54,616 nucleotides of DNA from a virus (IMGVR_UViG_3300027734_000091:1-54616), one strand, 5' to 3'. Numbered from the stretch's first letter, positions 26,969 through 36,984 are shown. Program-made: numbers and translations. The notes: generated by a model not told the origin, from the letters alone.

Positions 26969-27136
26969 ATGACTGATAACCGACCACACGAGATTATCAA
27001 CAAAGAGACTGGTAAGGTAATTGGCACCTACGCCAACTATGCACAAGCCTATGCCGCATACGAGAAACTTGGCACAGGCAACGACGGCATGAGTGATCAC
27101 GCCATTGGTTTAGTTCTTGAAAGGGGAACAGCATGA
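26969..27136 (+). CDS. Hypothetical protein
   Basis: GGAG RBS; 55 aa. Confidence 0.55.
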   Translation: MTDNRPHEIINKETGKVIGTYANYAQAYAAYEKLGTGNDGMSDHAIGLVLERGTA

Positions 27137-27327
27137 ATGAAGATATGGAAACAGCACTCTACACTGAACAGCAGGTTCGCATCAGCGTTGACGAGTGGGA
27201 CGACGGTGGTGTCTGGTTAGCCTTGCAGGGTCGTAATGCCAGTATGCACGCCACACTGACTCGTGCCGAGGCACAGCGGATTCTCAAGGGCTTACAAGAA
27301 ATTTTGGCAATAGAGGTGACAGCATGA
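27133..27327 (+). CDS. Hypothetical protein
   Basis: ATGA coupling. Confidence 0.6.
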   Translation: MNEDMETALYTEQQVRISVDEWDDGGVWLALQGRNASMHATLTRAEAQRILKGLQEILAIEVTA

Positions 27328-27521
27328 ACGATATGGGAAGCCTAATGGATCAAGTACAGGCAGAACTGTATAAACAGTTTAAAGCCATCACCCCAGAGCA
27401 ACGCGCAGAGGAGGAGCGCAAGCGCCAAATCCAGCGTGACTGGGAAGCCCAGCATACGGCGTTTGAAACAGAGGAGGATCGCAATGACAAAGACAGATAC
27501 CCAGACGACGACGAAGAGTAG
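27324..27521 (+). CDS. Hypothetical protein
   Basis: ATGA coupling; GAGG RBS. Confidence 0.55.
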   Translation: MNDMGSLMDQVQAELYKQFKAITPEQRAEEERKRQIQRDWEAQHTAFETEEDRNDKDRYPDDDEE

Positions 27522-27672
27522 GGAGTGGAAGAGGATCACCCTCGACGACATTGACAAGCAGTGGCAGGAGTCCAAGACCGTACACCCAGCATTTGGTCGG
27601 CAAATCTGTCACTTCGCCGCTGGCATAGAGGAAACACTGAAGGAGCGCAATTATGAACAAACAGGAAATTGA
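27484..27672 (+). CDS. Hypothetical protein
   Basis: GAGGAGG RBS; FAAGIEETLKERN resembles the 21023 protein. Confidence 0.5.
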   Translation: MTKTDTQTTTKSREWKRITLDDIDKQWQESKTVHPAFGRQICHFAAGIEETLKERNYEQTGN

Positions 27673-27871
27673 CGACATGATGAAAGACCTACCAAGCCAA
27701 CAGCTACCCGACGAGACCTTGATCCAAAAGGTCACAATCGCTATAATGTTCATATTGATTTTGTTCCTGATGGTATGGGCGCCAGACTTCATTTTGACTG
27801 AGGAAGAGTGCCTACAACAAAGCCCTCGTGCTATCACCATTGGATTGTGTAGCGAACCGAAAGCGAAGTAG
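27653..27871 (+). CDS. Small membrane protein
   Basis: AGGAG RBS; single TM helix. Confidence 0.55.
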   Translation: MNKQEIDDMMKDLPSQQLPDETLIQKVTIAIMFILILFLMVWAPDFILTEEECLQQSPRAITIGLCSEPKAK

Positions 27872-27935
27872 ACCGAACCCTCGTAGGGTACCTAACAGGG
27901 TACCTCGAGGGTACCTAACGGGTTACCAACAAGGG
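27872..27935. repeat. Second GGTACC iteron-like array, inverted relative to the origin
   Basis: accgaaccct-cgta-gggtacc-taaca-gggtacc-tcga-gggtacc-taac-gggttacc. Confidence 0.75.
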
Positions 27936-27942
27936 TGTCGTT

Positions 27943-28131
27943 ATGAGAACTTGTAAATGCGGCGGGTTAGTCACCGAGTATGAGGTGAAGGCTGGAACCA
28001 AGTGGGTATGCCGTGCCTGTGGACGCATCGAGGTGGTAGGTAGCGAAAACCCAAAAGGTTTGCTAAACTCTGGCGAACTAAATCAACAGGGGAATACGGG
28101 TCATGCCAGAAACCGTCAAGAAGGGGTCTAA
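27943..28131 (+). CDS. Small zinc-ribbon protein
   Basis: CKCGG...CRACG. Confidence 0.45.
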   Translation: MRTCKCGGLVTEYEVKAGTKWVCRACGRIEVVGSENPKGLLNSGELNQQGNTGHARNRQEGV

Positions 28132-28693
28132 AAGCCCCGCCAAGCCTTCAAAAGCCAAGACAGAGGTGAAGGGTGCTATGACGCCTGAAAACGCCGCAGA
28201 AGCCTCAAAGCCAACAGGACGACCATCAAAGTACAGCCCAGAGATAGCAAGAGTTATCTGTGAGCAGTTAAGCGAGGGAGTACCGCTCAGGCAGATATGC
28301 AGAGAGAACGCTGGGTTCCCTGCGTGGAGAACGGTGTACGATTGGATGGGTCGCGACGAGGCTCTTTCCGCATCCATCGCACGCGCACGCGATATTGGCT
28401 ATGACGCCATTGCTGAGGAGTGCTTGCAGATTGCTGACACTGTTGAATTGGGTCAGAAGCAGGTGATGACAGACGAGGGCGCGGCAACGACGGTCGAGGA
28501 TATGCTTGGTCACCGCAGGCTACGCATTGAAACCCGCCTTAAATTGCTGGCTAAATTTCACCCCACAAAGTATGGTGACAGGGTTGCCATTGAGGGTGTA
28601 GAGGGTGGAGCACCTATTGCCACGCAGGATGCTACCGCCAGCAAGTTCCTTGAGGTGATCCGCAACATGGAAATGACCAAACGTGCAGGCTAA
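28103..28693 (+). CDS. terS: Terminase small subunit (Sf6/P22-like)
   Basis: GRPSKYSPEIARVICEQLSEG.PLRQIC, TVYDW, RLRIETR.KLLAKFHP.KYGD; upstream of TerL. Confidence 0.85.
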   Translation: MPETVKKGSKSPAKPSKAKTEVKGAMTPENAAEASKPTGRPSKYSPEIARVICEQLSEGVPLRQICRENAGFPAWRTVYDWMGRDEALSASIARARDIGYDAIAEECLQIADTVELGQKQVMTDEGAATTVEDMLGHRRLRIETRLKLLAKFHPTKYGDRVAIEGVEGGAPIATQDATASKFLEVIRNMEMTKRAG

Positions 28694-28778
28694 GTATTAC
28701 ATTCAAGCGCCAGCGGGTGCCGCAGAACACGGGGTTTTATCCGCTGTTTTGGCTGATCTGCTAAGAAAGTAATACTTA
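28691..28778 (+). other. Structured terS-terL spacer (nested inverted repeats)
   Basis: taagtattac (28691-28700) with gtaatactta (28769-28778); inner cagcgggtg with tatccgctg. Confidence 0.6.
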
Positions 28779-30205
28779 TGTTGGCAGAGATGTTTGATTC
28801 TGAAACCATCGCTGAGTTTGATACTCTGTCAGAGCACAATCGGATTGCTTTTATTGCCCATGCTAAGTGGATCGAGATGGCACACGCCTACCAGATACCG
28901 CCAGACCTGCACTCTGATTACACGGTGTTTTTGATGTTGGCAGGCAGGGGTGCAGGCAAGACTCGGTCAGCGGCTGAAGCCTTGTGGTGGTGGGCATGGA
29001 CGCACCCTAACACTCTGAGCGTGGTGTTGGCACCTACCAGCGGGGACTTGAAATTCACCTGCTTTGAAGGAAAATCAGGACTGCTCGAATGCATACCTAA
29101 ACCATTGGTAATTGACTACAACAAACAAGACCACCTGATCAAGCTATCGAACGGCTCCAAGATCAGGGGTGTGTCGGCTGACTCATTTGATCGACTGCGC
29201 GGTATCAACTCGTCGTTCTGTTGGTGTGATGAGTTAGCCGCATTCCAGTACCTCGGGCCTAACGAGGCGTGGGACAACATGATGCTTGGATTGAGGATTA
29301 AGCCCGACAACAGACCGCACAGCCACCCTCGCGTGATCGTGACCACAACGCCTCGACCAAAGGACTTGATCCTTGATCTGGTAGGCAGGGAAGGTGACGA
29401 CGTGGTGGTATCCCGCGCCAGCACATACGACAACGCTAAGAACCTCGACAAAGCCTTCCAGAGGCAGTTGGAGCAGTACAAGGGTACAAAGCTATACGAG
29501 CAGGAAGTTATGGGCGCTATCGTCGATTTGGAGGACGGTAAGGTGGTTACGAGGGATATGTTCCAGATGTATCCCGCTGGGAAACCGTTCCCTAAGTTTG
29601 AGTACATCCTACAGTCCTATGACTGTGCGTACACCGACAAGTCCTACAACGACCCAACAGCGTTCACGACATGGGGTGTGTTCAAGCCGATGGACGGGCC
29701 AATGTCCGTGATGCTGATCGACTGCTGGGCGGAGCACCTAACTTTCCCTAAGCTGAAGGATCGCGCTATGGATGAGTGGCGAGTGTCTTACGGTGAGGGT
29801 AAGGATGCCAAGCGCCCCGACCTAATCCTAGTCGAAGAGAAGGCGGCGGGTCTGTCTCTCATTCAAGAGTTGCAGAAAGCGCATTTGATTGTCAGGGGGT
29901 ATAACCCCGGTCGTGCGGACAAAATGCAACGCCTCCAGATCACCGCCGCTATCTTTGCCACCAAGCGGGTCTGGCTCCCTGAGTCTGAGGTGCATAAGGG
30001 TTACGTCAAAGATTGGGTGGAAGGGTTCCTATCCCAGATATGCGCATTCCCTGACAGCACGCATGACGACTACGTCGACTCAGCAACTCAGGCTATGCGG
30101 TGGTTGAAGGATGGTGGTTGGCTCGACATCGATCCTGAGCCAATGTATGATGACGACGACTACTTCGATGCCCAACCTGCGCGGGTCAACCCTTATGCCG
30201 TATAA
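28778..30205 (+). CDS. terL: Terminase large subunit
   Basis: Walker A AGRGAGKT, Walker B WCDE, motif III TTTP, nuclease SYD and HDDYVDS. Confidence 0.95.
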   Translation: MLAEMFDSETIAEFDTLSEHNRIAFIAHAKWIEMAHAYQIPPDLHSDYTVFLMLAGRGAGKTRSAAEALWWWAWTHPNTLSVVLAPTSGDLKFTCFEGKSGLLECIPKPLVIDYNKQDHLIKLSNGSKIRGVSADSFDRLRGINSSFCWCDELAAFQYLGPNEAWDNMMLGLRIKPDNRPHSHPRVIVTTTPRPKDLILDLVGREGDDVVVSRASTYDNAKNLDKAFQRQLEQYKGTKLYEQEVMGAIVDLEDGKVVTRDMFQMYPAGKPFPKFEYILQSYDCAYTDKSYNDPTAFTTWGVFKPMDGPMSVMLIDCWAEHLTFPKLKDRAMDEWRVSYGEGKDAKRPDLILVEEKAAGLSLIQELQKAHLIVRGYNPGRADKMQRLQITAAIFATKRVWLPESEVHKGYVKDWVEGFLSQICAFPDSTHDDYVDSATQAMRWLKDGGWLDIDPEPMYDDDDYFDAQPARVNPYAV

Positions 30206-30207
30206 CC

Positions 30208-33200
30208 ATGCAAAAACAGTTACAACGTAAAAAAGGCGGTCTTGCTCGAATGGCTGGCGGTGGTCAACCATCCAAAGTATTGGGTGGCAACATCATGGCT
30301 GGTGCAAGCTGGAACAGCCTAAACAACCTACTGGTCAATGACCTAACACAAGCGACAGGGCAACCCACAACAAACACAGCGGTAGGTGGTGCGACAACAG
30401 CCGACACCTATCAGCAACTGATGGACTTCATCAATGATGGTGGATCGTTTGACCCTAACGCTACAGTGTTCCTGCAAACGGGTGGCGTAGACTTTTTAAA
30501 GGGTGTACCCAAAGACGAGATCAAAGGGAACATCGACAAGATTCTTTCGACGTTAGAAGCGCAGGGTGTCAGCGTTGTTTTGACTGGCTCACCTTATGCC
30601 TCATCAATGGAGGATGTTGTCAGTAACAACTTTGATCCAAAGATTGATCCCCTTTTTCAAGAGGTTGCCAGCAAGTACAACAACGTCGCGCTGGTTGACT
30701 CAATGGGAGACATCTTGCAAGACAAGAGCCTGCTGTCTGACAACCTGCATCCTAACGAGACTGGAACCCGCAGGTATAACGACGACGTGCTGGGTGCTCT
30801 TAATCAACTGAAACAGCGTCAAGAACCGCAAACCCAAGGCGGCAGAGAAGCATCTGTGAACATTCCCCAAGAGATTGAGCGGATTACACAGGCTAGCGTT
30901 CCAGAAGAAAGGGATGTGCAAGACAACAAAGTTCAAGAGACTTTAGACATCCCTCAAGAGATTGAGCGCATCACACAAAAAAATGAACCAAGCAATGTAT
31001 TGCAAAATACTCAGGTGTCGCAAATAGCTGATCCAATTAAGCAAGAGTTTCAAGAAGCTATTACTCAACCTGCACCGCCTCCAGTTAACCTTCAGACCAC
31101 ACCAGAAGTACCAAGCACTCCAGACTACAGTCGTGCCTATGGTGCATTGGGCGGTGCTGAAAGTGTAAGCAACTTACGCAATCAGTTTTTGGGTATGGGT
31201 TTAGATGAAGGCGCTATTGGTGAAGTCTTTTCTAAATACTACTCACCTGAGTCTGATGCAACCCTTTTGGCTAAAAAAGGCGGCGCTATCCGTATGCAAG
31301 TCGGTGGTTTGACTGGACTAGCTAACCTCGGTAAAGCTGGCACCAGATTGTCTAAGGCAGAGATCGCTGGACTGCGTGCTCGAGGCATGGGGGTGCCGGG
31401 CATTGACTTCGCTGACCCTCTGAAAGCTCCCACCATGCGGATGTCTGAGGCGTTAGGTAATGTCGGCGCTGAAGGTAAGACACTAAACTTCACTGAGGCT
31501 GATCGTTCCAGAGTCTTTGCTGAAAACATGGGCGGTATAGGATTTACAGGTTTACAGAACTACTCACAACCACATAAACAGGCGCGGACTGTTTGGGGCT
31601 TTGGGAATCAATCTACCGCTGAGAAAAAGATTGCACAGAATGATCCAGAGAAAACAATATGGACAACCTACGCTGGATCACCAGAGCAACACAAATCCAA
31701 CACGGTGGTGGTCAAAGATGCCGTCAAGACACTGCAAGCGGCAAATCAAGCTGGCACTGTTAACCCAGAGCAAATCAAGCTAATCAACCAACGTATCAAG
31801 CAAGCAAAGAACGACAAGGGCAACCCGCTGTTCTCTGACGACTTTGACATTACCGACCCCCAAGCAATCAATGCGGCTACGACCTTTGAGCGCCGTACAG
31901 CTATCAGCGATGCATTGATGGGTGTGGGTGTCAGGAAGCCGATGATTAGCAAAGAGTTCAAAGCGGCTAACCCTAACGTCAAATACAACGATGCCTCAAA
32001 CATCAGTCGCATCTTGACTCGCGAGACTGACCCAGTATTGGCTAATGCAAACACGTTTGATGTTGGGCCGCACCTGTTTGTGATGGACAACAAGATCATC
32101 AACCGAGCAGACCTTAACGAGGCATTCCCAGTTCAAGTGACTGGTGACGATCTTGGTATGAGGTTTAAACCAACACCAGTTCGATCTGCCGCGCCAGAAT
32201 TTATGAAGAAAAAAGGCTACGGGCCAACCGACCCAGTCAATGCTTGGGCTATGTCGCGTGGCAACCCAAAGCAGTTTGTCAGCGAAGAGTATTTGACCAA
32301 CCTCCAAAAGGAAGGTTACAAGGATGGTGGATCAGCAGAGCGTCCACCTTTCCACGACTTCGATAAGATTATGAACCGCAAAGACGGAGGTACTGTGAAC
32401 ACATCATTTGAACAACGCCTAAAGAGCGCACTCGACCAACATATGGCTGTTGGAGGCGTCGTAGAGCGTCGCTACGCTGAAGCTGGCTCAGTTCCTGCAC
32501 CTACCCCCCAAGAGTTGGAAAAGATGGCTGACGCGCAGGGTGCGGCATTTGGTGTATTCCCCCAGATGGCAAGCCAACGGTTCCAGCAACCATCCCAAAC
32601 AATGGACAAGGCGTCTGAGATGCTGAAGGCTCAGGTTACAAAGGAGTGGGAGCAGGCGGGACGACCCGGCGGAGCCAAGGGCTTATCCCTTCGCATCGGC
32701 GCGGTGTTGGCTGGACAAGTTCCTGACATTGCTAATCTTGCGCAGAGCGTGATCCCCGGTCTAAACAAGCCTGCCTCAGTGCTCGACCCTGAAGGAGAGA
32801 AGGTCGCTAAGTTCCCCATGTCTGGTACGTCTACCGACATCAAGAACGCCATGCGCAACAAGGGAATGATCAACGAGGACGAGTACCCTATTGCTGAAAT
32901 GTTAGGTGCCTTTGCCGCACCGTATGCCGCTGTTAAAGCACCACGCGCTATTGAAGGTGGTCTTAACTCAGTGACTGCCGCCGCTCGTCGTCCATTTACC
33001 CCAGCAACTCTGACGACTGAGGCTGTTGCTCCTGACTTAGCAAAGTTCAAACCACGCGAGTTTCAAGATGAAGTTACTAGGCAAATGATTGGTGAAGGCG
33101 CGGCTGTTCCGATGACCAACATGGGTGGTCGCAAGACTACTCAGCGCGGCGGTCAAGGCGTCTACATGAACAACGAAGGACAACTTGAGTTGAACCCTAT

Positions 33201-33717
33201 GGTTGGTGTTGACGTACCTCGTGCTGGAAACCTTTCCACCAATAAATCATTGCGTCGCGACATTGCAACCGCAGGTCAAGAGTTGAACCAAGAGGCTATG
33301 GCGGCACATCGCTTTGTTCCTATGGCAACCAACAACATTAAAGATGCTACAGCGATGATGGTGACTGGCCCTAACGGTCGCGCCCTGAGCAACGAAGAAG
33401 TAATTGCGCTGGGGAAGAACATCCCCGGTCTCATCGTCAGCCACAGCCCCCGCACTGGTGGCGTGTTCCTTGCCAACGACCCTTACGCTGGCGGTGATCC
33501 AATGAAGAAGTTCCTCAACGCCCAATCCGTTGCTGGTCAAATTCTGGGAAATAAAGCCAAGATTCAATTTGGTAAAGCTGACGCTAACAAAGACTTGATG
33601 TACATGATGCGCCATCAATATGCTGAAGAAGGCGGTCGTGGTACATCCCCAACGGCGCAGGCTATACGCGAGTCACTCAAGCGCAAAGATCAAACGATCC
33701 CTACTGTGCGTAACTAA
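30208..33717 (+). CDS. Large multidomain protein with N-terminal SGNH/GDSL-like hydrolase domain
   Basis: GASW, AVGGATT, QTGGVD and DNLHPN blocks; modules separated by xxGG motifs; between terL and portal. Confidence 0.6.
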   Translation: MQKQLQRKKGGLARMAGGGQPSKVLGGNIMAGASWNSLNNLLVNDLTQATGQPTTNTAVGGATTADTYQQLMDFINDGGSFDPNATVFLQTGGVDFLKGVPKDEIKGNIDKILSTLEAQGVSVVLTGSPYASSMEDVVSNNFDPKIDPLFQEVASKYNNVALVDSMGDILQDKSLLSDNLHPNETGTRRYNDDVLGALNQLKQRQEPQTQGGREASVNIPQEIERITQASVPEERDVQDNKVQETLDIPQEIERITQKNEPSNVLQNTQVSQIADPIKQEFQEAITQPAPPPVNLQTTPEVPSTPDYSRAYGALGGAESVSNLRNQFLGMGLDEGAIGEVFSKYYSPESDATLLAKKGGAIRMQVGGLTGLANLGKAGTRLSKAEIAGLRARGMGVPGIDFADPLKAPTMRMSEALGNVGAEGKTLNFTEADRSRVFAENMGGIGFTGLQNYSQPHKQARTVWGFGNQSTAEKKIAQNDPEKTIWTTYAGSPEQHKSNTVVVKDAVKTLQAANQAGTVNPEQIKLINQRIKQAKNDKGNPLFSDDFDITDPQAINAATTFERRTAISDALMGVGVRKPMISKEFKAANPNVKYNDASNISRILTRETDPVLANANTFDVGPHLFVMDNKIINRADLNEAFPVQVTGDDLGMRFKPTPVRSAAPEFMKKKGYGPTDPVNAWAMSRGNPKQFVSEEYLTNLQKEGYKDGGSAERPPFHDFDKIMNRKDGGTVNTSFEQRLKSALDQHMAVGGVVERRYAEAGSVPAPTPQELEKMADAQGAAFGVFPQMASQRFQQPSQTMDKASEMLKAQVTKEWEQAGRPGGAKGLSLRIGAVLAGQVPDIANLAQSVIPGLNKPASVLDPEGEKVAKFPMSGTSTDIKNAMRNKGMINEDEYPIAEMLGAFAAPYAAVKAPRAIEGGLNSVTAAARRPFTPATLTTEAVAPDLAKFKPREFQDEVTRQMIGEGAAVPMTNMGGRKTTQRGGQGVYMNNEGQLELNPMVGVDVPRAGNLSTNKSLRRDIATAGQELNQEAMAAHRFVPMATNNIKDATAMMVTGPNGRALSNEEVIALGKNIPGLIVSHSPRTGGVFLANDPYAGGDPMKKFLNAQSVAGQILGNKAKIQFGKADANKDLMYMMRHQYAEEGGRGTSPTAQAIRESLKRKDQTIPTVRN

Positions 33718-33728
33718 GGAATAAGAAC

Positions 33729-36206
33729 ATGGCAAAACAAATGCCCATCGACCAAGAATTTGACCGCTTTATTGACGGACTTAAAAACAACAAAGACGGT
33801 AGTGCTGACGTTGAAGTAGACGAAGACATCAGCGACGTTGAAGAACTAGAGGACGGCTCCGCTATCGTTCGCATGGGCGATGACAAGACGCCTGAAGAGG
33901 ATGCTGAGTTCTATGAAAACCTTTCCGAAGAAGTTGTCAACCTGTACGACCTTGACAAGATTGGAATGCGTTACCTTGACCTGATTGAGAAAGACAAGGA
34001 AGCACGAGAGCAACGCGACAAGCAGTATGAAGAAGGACTGAAACGCACGGGTTTAGGGAATGACTCACCGGGCGGTGCTCAGTTCATGGGTGCCAGCAAA
34101 GTTGTTCACCCCGTGATGGCTGAGGCGTGCGTTGACTTTGCCGCTCGTGCCATCAAGGAATTGTTCCCGCCAGATGGCCCTGTCCGCACAAAGATCATGG
34201 GCGAGGCTACTGAGGAGAAAACAGAACGAGCAGAGCGCAAACGCGACTGGGCTAACTGGCAGTTGACTGAACAGATCGAAGAGTTCCGCGATGAACAGGA
34301 ACAGTTGCTGACTCAGCTTCCCCTTGGTGGTTCGCAGTACATGAAACTGTGGTACGACGAGCAAAAAAAGCGCCCCTGCGCTGAGTTCGTTCCTATCGAC
34401 AACGTGATGCTTCCCTATGCGGCTGTGAACTTCTACACTGCCCAGCGCGTGACTGAGATGCAAGACATCACAGGGATGGAGTTCAAGCGCCGCATTGATT
34501 CTGGTTTGTACCGCGACATTGACTTTGTTCGCGCTACGTCAGAACCTGAGCAAACAGCCTCAGAAAAAGCTAACGACAAGATTGAGGGTAGGTCTTACGG
34601 TGACAACGAAGACGGTCTGCGCAAGGTTTATCACATCTACACATTCCTTGAGATTGAAGACGACCCAATTACCAAGGGCGAGTTGGCTCCCTACATCCTG
34701 ATGATTGACGAACTTGAAAGCAAAGTTCTTGGGTTGTACCGTAACTGGGAAGAGGGTGACGACACAATGACCAAGTTAGATTGGCTCATTGAGTTTAAAT
34801 TTATCCCTTGGAGGGGTGCATACGCTATTGGGCTACCCCAACTCATTGGAGGTCTCACAGCCGCCTTGACGGGTGCTCTACGCGCCTTGCTGGACACTGC
34901 GCACATCAACAACTCAGCAACGATGCTGAAGTTGAAAGGTGCAAAGGTTTCTGGTCAATCACAGAACATTGAGGTGACTCAGGTGACGGAGATCGAAGCA
35001 GGGCCGGGCGTCAACGACATCCGCCAAATCGCTATGCCCATGCCGTTCAATGCACCATCTCCCGTTCTATTCCAATTGCTTGGTTGGCTTACTACTGCCG
35101 CCAAAGGCGTGGTCACCACTGCTGAGGAAAAGATTGGTGATGTATCTGCCAATACTCCTGTGGGAACTACGCAGGCTTTGATTGAGCAAGGTGCGGCGGT
35201 GTTCTCCGCTATTCACGCACGTTTGCATGAGAGCCAGCGCAGAGTGTTAGGTGTGCTTGGTCGCATCAACCGCTGGTACTTGGACGATATGCGAAGAGGT
35301 GACGACGTTGCTGAGTTACCTATTAGCCGTGAAGACTTTAAAAAAAACAGCGACATTGTTCCTGTTTCTGATCCGCACATTTTCTCTGAAACTCAGCGCA
35401 TGGCGCAGATGCAAGCGGTGCTTCAGATGTCGGCGGCAAATCCGGGGATGTTTGACCAAAAAGCCGTGTTGAGCCGAATGCTTAAGCAGTTGAAGGTTCC
35501 TGACATTCAAGAGTTACTACCTAACGCTACTAAGCCGATGGAGCACAACGCCGCTGACGAGAACGCCGCAATGTCTTTAGGCAAATCGTCGTTTGCATAC
35601 CCTAACCAAGATCACTTAGCGCACATCCAAGTTCACCTAACTTTTGGTCTTGATCCAATGCTGGGTTCTAACAACTTGATTGCACCGAAGTTTATTCCAC
35701 AGGCTTTGGAGCACATCAAGCAACACATGATGCTGTGGTACACAAGTCAGATGAGTGCTTATGTGACTGCTGGTACGGACTTGAAGCTAGGCCCTTACGA
35801 GGACAGCAAGCTGGCTCCCGACATTGATCGCGCTATGGCTATTGCATCTGATCACGTCAAATTGGATACCGCTGAGGTTTTCAAAGGCGTGCTACCAGCC
35901 CTTCAGCAGTTGGGTCAAGTCATGCAACAGTTCAAGCCACCAGCACCTCCTATGGAAGGCGAAGCACAAGCTGTGTTGCAGGCTTCTATGGCAGAGACAC
36001 AACGACGCACTGCACGCGACCAAGCGGACATGGCGCAGAAGGCAAAAGAATTGCAAGCGAAGATCGCTATGAACGCCGAAGACAACCTGACGAAAGAACG
36101 GATGATGACGGCAGACCTCACGGTCGAAGAGATCAAATTGCAAAGGGAGCAGGAAGAGACAGCACTCAAACTGCAAAATGTTACACAACGCAACTTAGGA
36201 GATTGA
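33729..36206 (+). CDS. Portal protein (P22-like)
   Basis: 825 aa after terminase; GASKVVHPVMAEA, YAIGLPQLIGG, TPVGTT.AL.EQG; coiled-coil tail. Confidence 0.85.
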   Translation: MAKQMPIDQEFDRFIDGLKNNKDGSADVEVDEDISDVEELEDGSAIVRMGDDKTPEEDAEFYENLSEEVVNLYDLDKIGMRYLDLIEKDKEAREQRDKQYEEGLKRTGLGNDSPGGAQFMGASKVVHPVMAEACVDFAARAIKELFPPDGPVRTKIMGEATEEKTERAERKRDWANWQLTEQIEEFRDEQEQLLTQLPLGGSQYMKLWYDEQKKRPCAEFVPIDNVMLPYAAVNFYTAQRVTEMQDITGMEFKRRIDSGLYRDIDFVRATSEPEQTASEKANDKIEGRSYGDNEDGLRKVYHIYTFLEIEDDPITKGELAPYILMIDELESKVLGLYRNWEEGDDTMTKLDWLIEFKFIPWRGAYAIGLPQLIGGLTAALTGALRALLDTAHINNSATMLKLKGAKVSGQSQNIEVTQVTEIEAGPGVNDIRQIAMPMPFNAPSPVLFQLLGWLTTAAKGVVTTAEEKIGDVSANTPVGTTQALIEQGAAVFSAIHARLHESQRRVLGVLGRINRWYLDDMRRGDDVAELPISREDFKKNSDIVPVSDPHIFSETQRMAQMQAVLQMSAANPGMFDQKAVLSRMLKQLKVPDIQELLPNATKPMEHNAADENAAMSLGKSSFAYPNQDHLAHIQVHLTFGLDPMLGSNNLIAPKFIPQALEHIKQHMMLWYTSQMSAYVTAGTDLKLGPYEDSKLAPDIDRAMAIASDHVKLDTAEVFKGVLPALQQLGQVMQQFKPPAPPMEGEAQAVLQASMAETQRRTARDQADMAQKAKELQAKIAMNAEDNLTKERMMTADLTVEEIKLQREQEETALKLQNVTQRNLGD

Positions 36207-36207
36207 A

Positions 36208-36387
36208 ATGGCTACTACTGACAAAGAGCAACAAAGCGAACAAGTCAAGCAACACACCCGCATGGCGGCTGGCGCTTGGGTTACAGGCGACACATTAAAA
36301 GAGAAGGGTACAGCGACACTACCAAAAGCTAACAGCGACCACGGGAATTTCTCCCAAAACAAGGGCGTGGACAAGAGCAACGCATGA
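36208..36387 (+). CDS. Hypothetical protein, 59 aa
   Basis: AGGAG RBS; ATGA coupling to the next gene. Confidence 0.55.
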   Translation: MATTDKEQQSEQVKQHTRMAAGAWVTGDTLKEKGTATLPKANSDHGNFSQNKGVDKSNA

Positions 36388-36572
36388 GGTACATATCCGA
36401 CTTTATCGGTGCTGTAGAAGCGCGTAAAGCTGAGATTGCTAAGTCGGTTATTGCGGGAAACTGCATCAACTACGAGGCATATCAAAGGCTAGTCGGTACC
36501 AATGCGGGTCTTGAAGAAGCCCTTGACATCCTAAACAACCTTTTAAAGGAAGAAGAAGACGATGACAGATAG
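36384..36572 (+). CDS. Hypothetical head-module protein
   Basis: YEAYQRLVG...GL motif; precedes the GroES gene. Confidence 0.6.
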   Translation: MRYISDFIGAVEARKAEIAKSVIAGNCINYEAYQRLVGTNAGLEEALDILNNLLKEEEDDDR

Positions 36573-36984
36573 CACGGTAGCGGGTAATGCCGCTGATTTG
36601 CAGGATGCTTTTCCTGCTGTAGACCCCGGAGCACTGCCCCTTGGCGCACGAGTATTAGTTCAGTTACGAATCGCCAAGAAACGAATGACAGAATCGGGGA
36701 TTATCTTGCCTGAAGAAACCCGCGATACCGAGAGGGCGCAAAACCCAGTCGGTAAAGTGGTGGCTATCGGCCCATTAGCGTTCAAGAAGCGCGACACAAT
36801 GGAGGCGTGGCCTGAAGGCTCGTGGTGCAGTGTGGGTGATTACCTGCGCGTACCCAAATGGACTGGCGACCGCTGGTTTGTTCCACATAACAACGAAGAA
36901 AACGTCGAGTTTATGGTGCTGAACGACCACGAAGTGATCGCCAAAATCACTGGTAACCCCCTTGAAGTGAAGGCATTCGTATGA
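36562..36984 (+). CDS. groES: GroES/Cpn10-like co-chaperonin
   Basis: PLGARVLV, TESGIILP, GKVVAIGP, VGD and LNDHEVIA motifs. Confidence 0.85.
   Translation: MTDSTVAGNAADLQDAFPAVDPGALPLGARVLVQLRIAKKRMTESGIILPEETRDTERAQNPVGKVVAIGPLAFKKRDTMEAWPEGSWCSVGDYLRVPKWTGDRWFVPHNNEENVEFMVLNDHEVIAKITGNPLEVKAFV

Noticed and set aside
28683-28772. 29-aa GTG-start ORF between terS and terL
   Set aside because: Short, no clear RBS, and better explained by the nested inverted-repeat structure.
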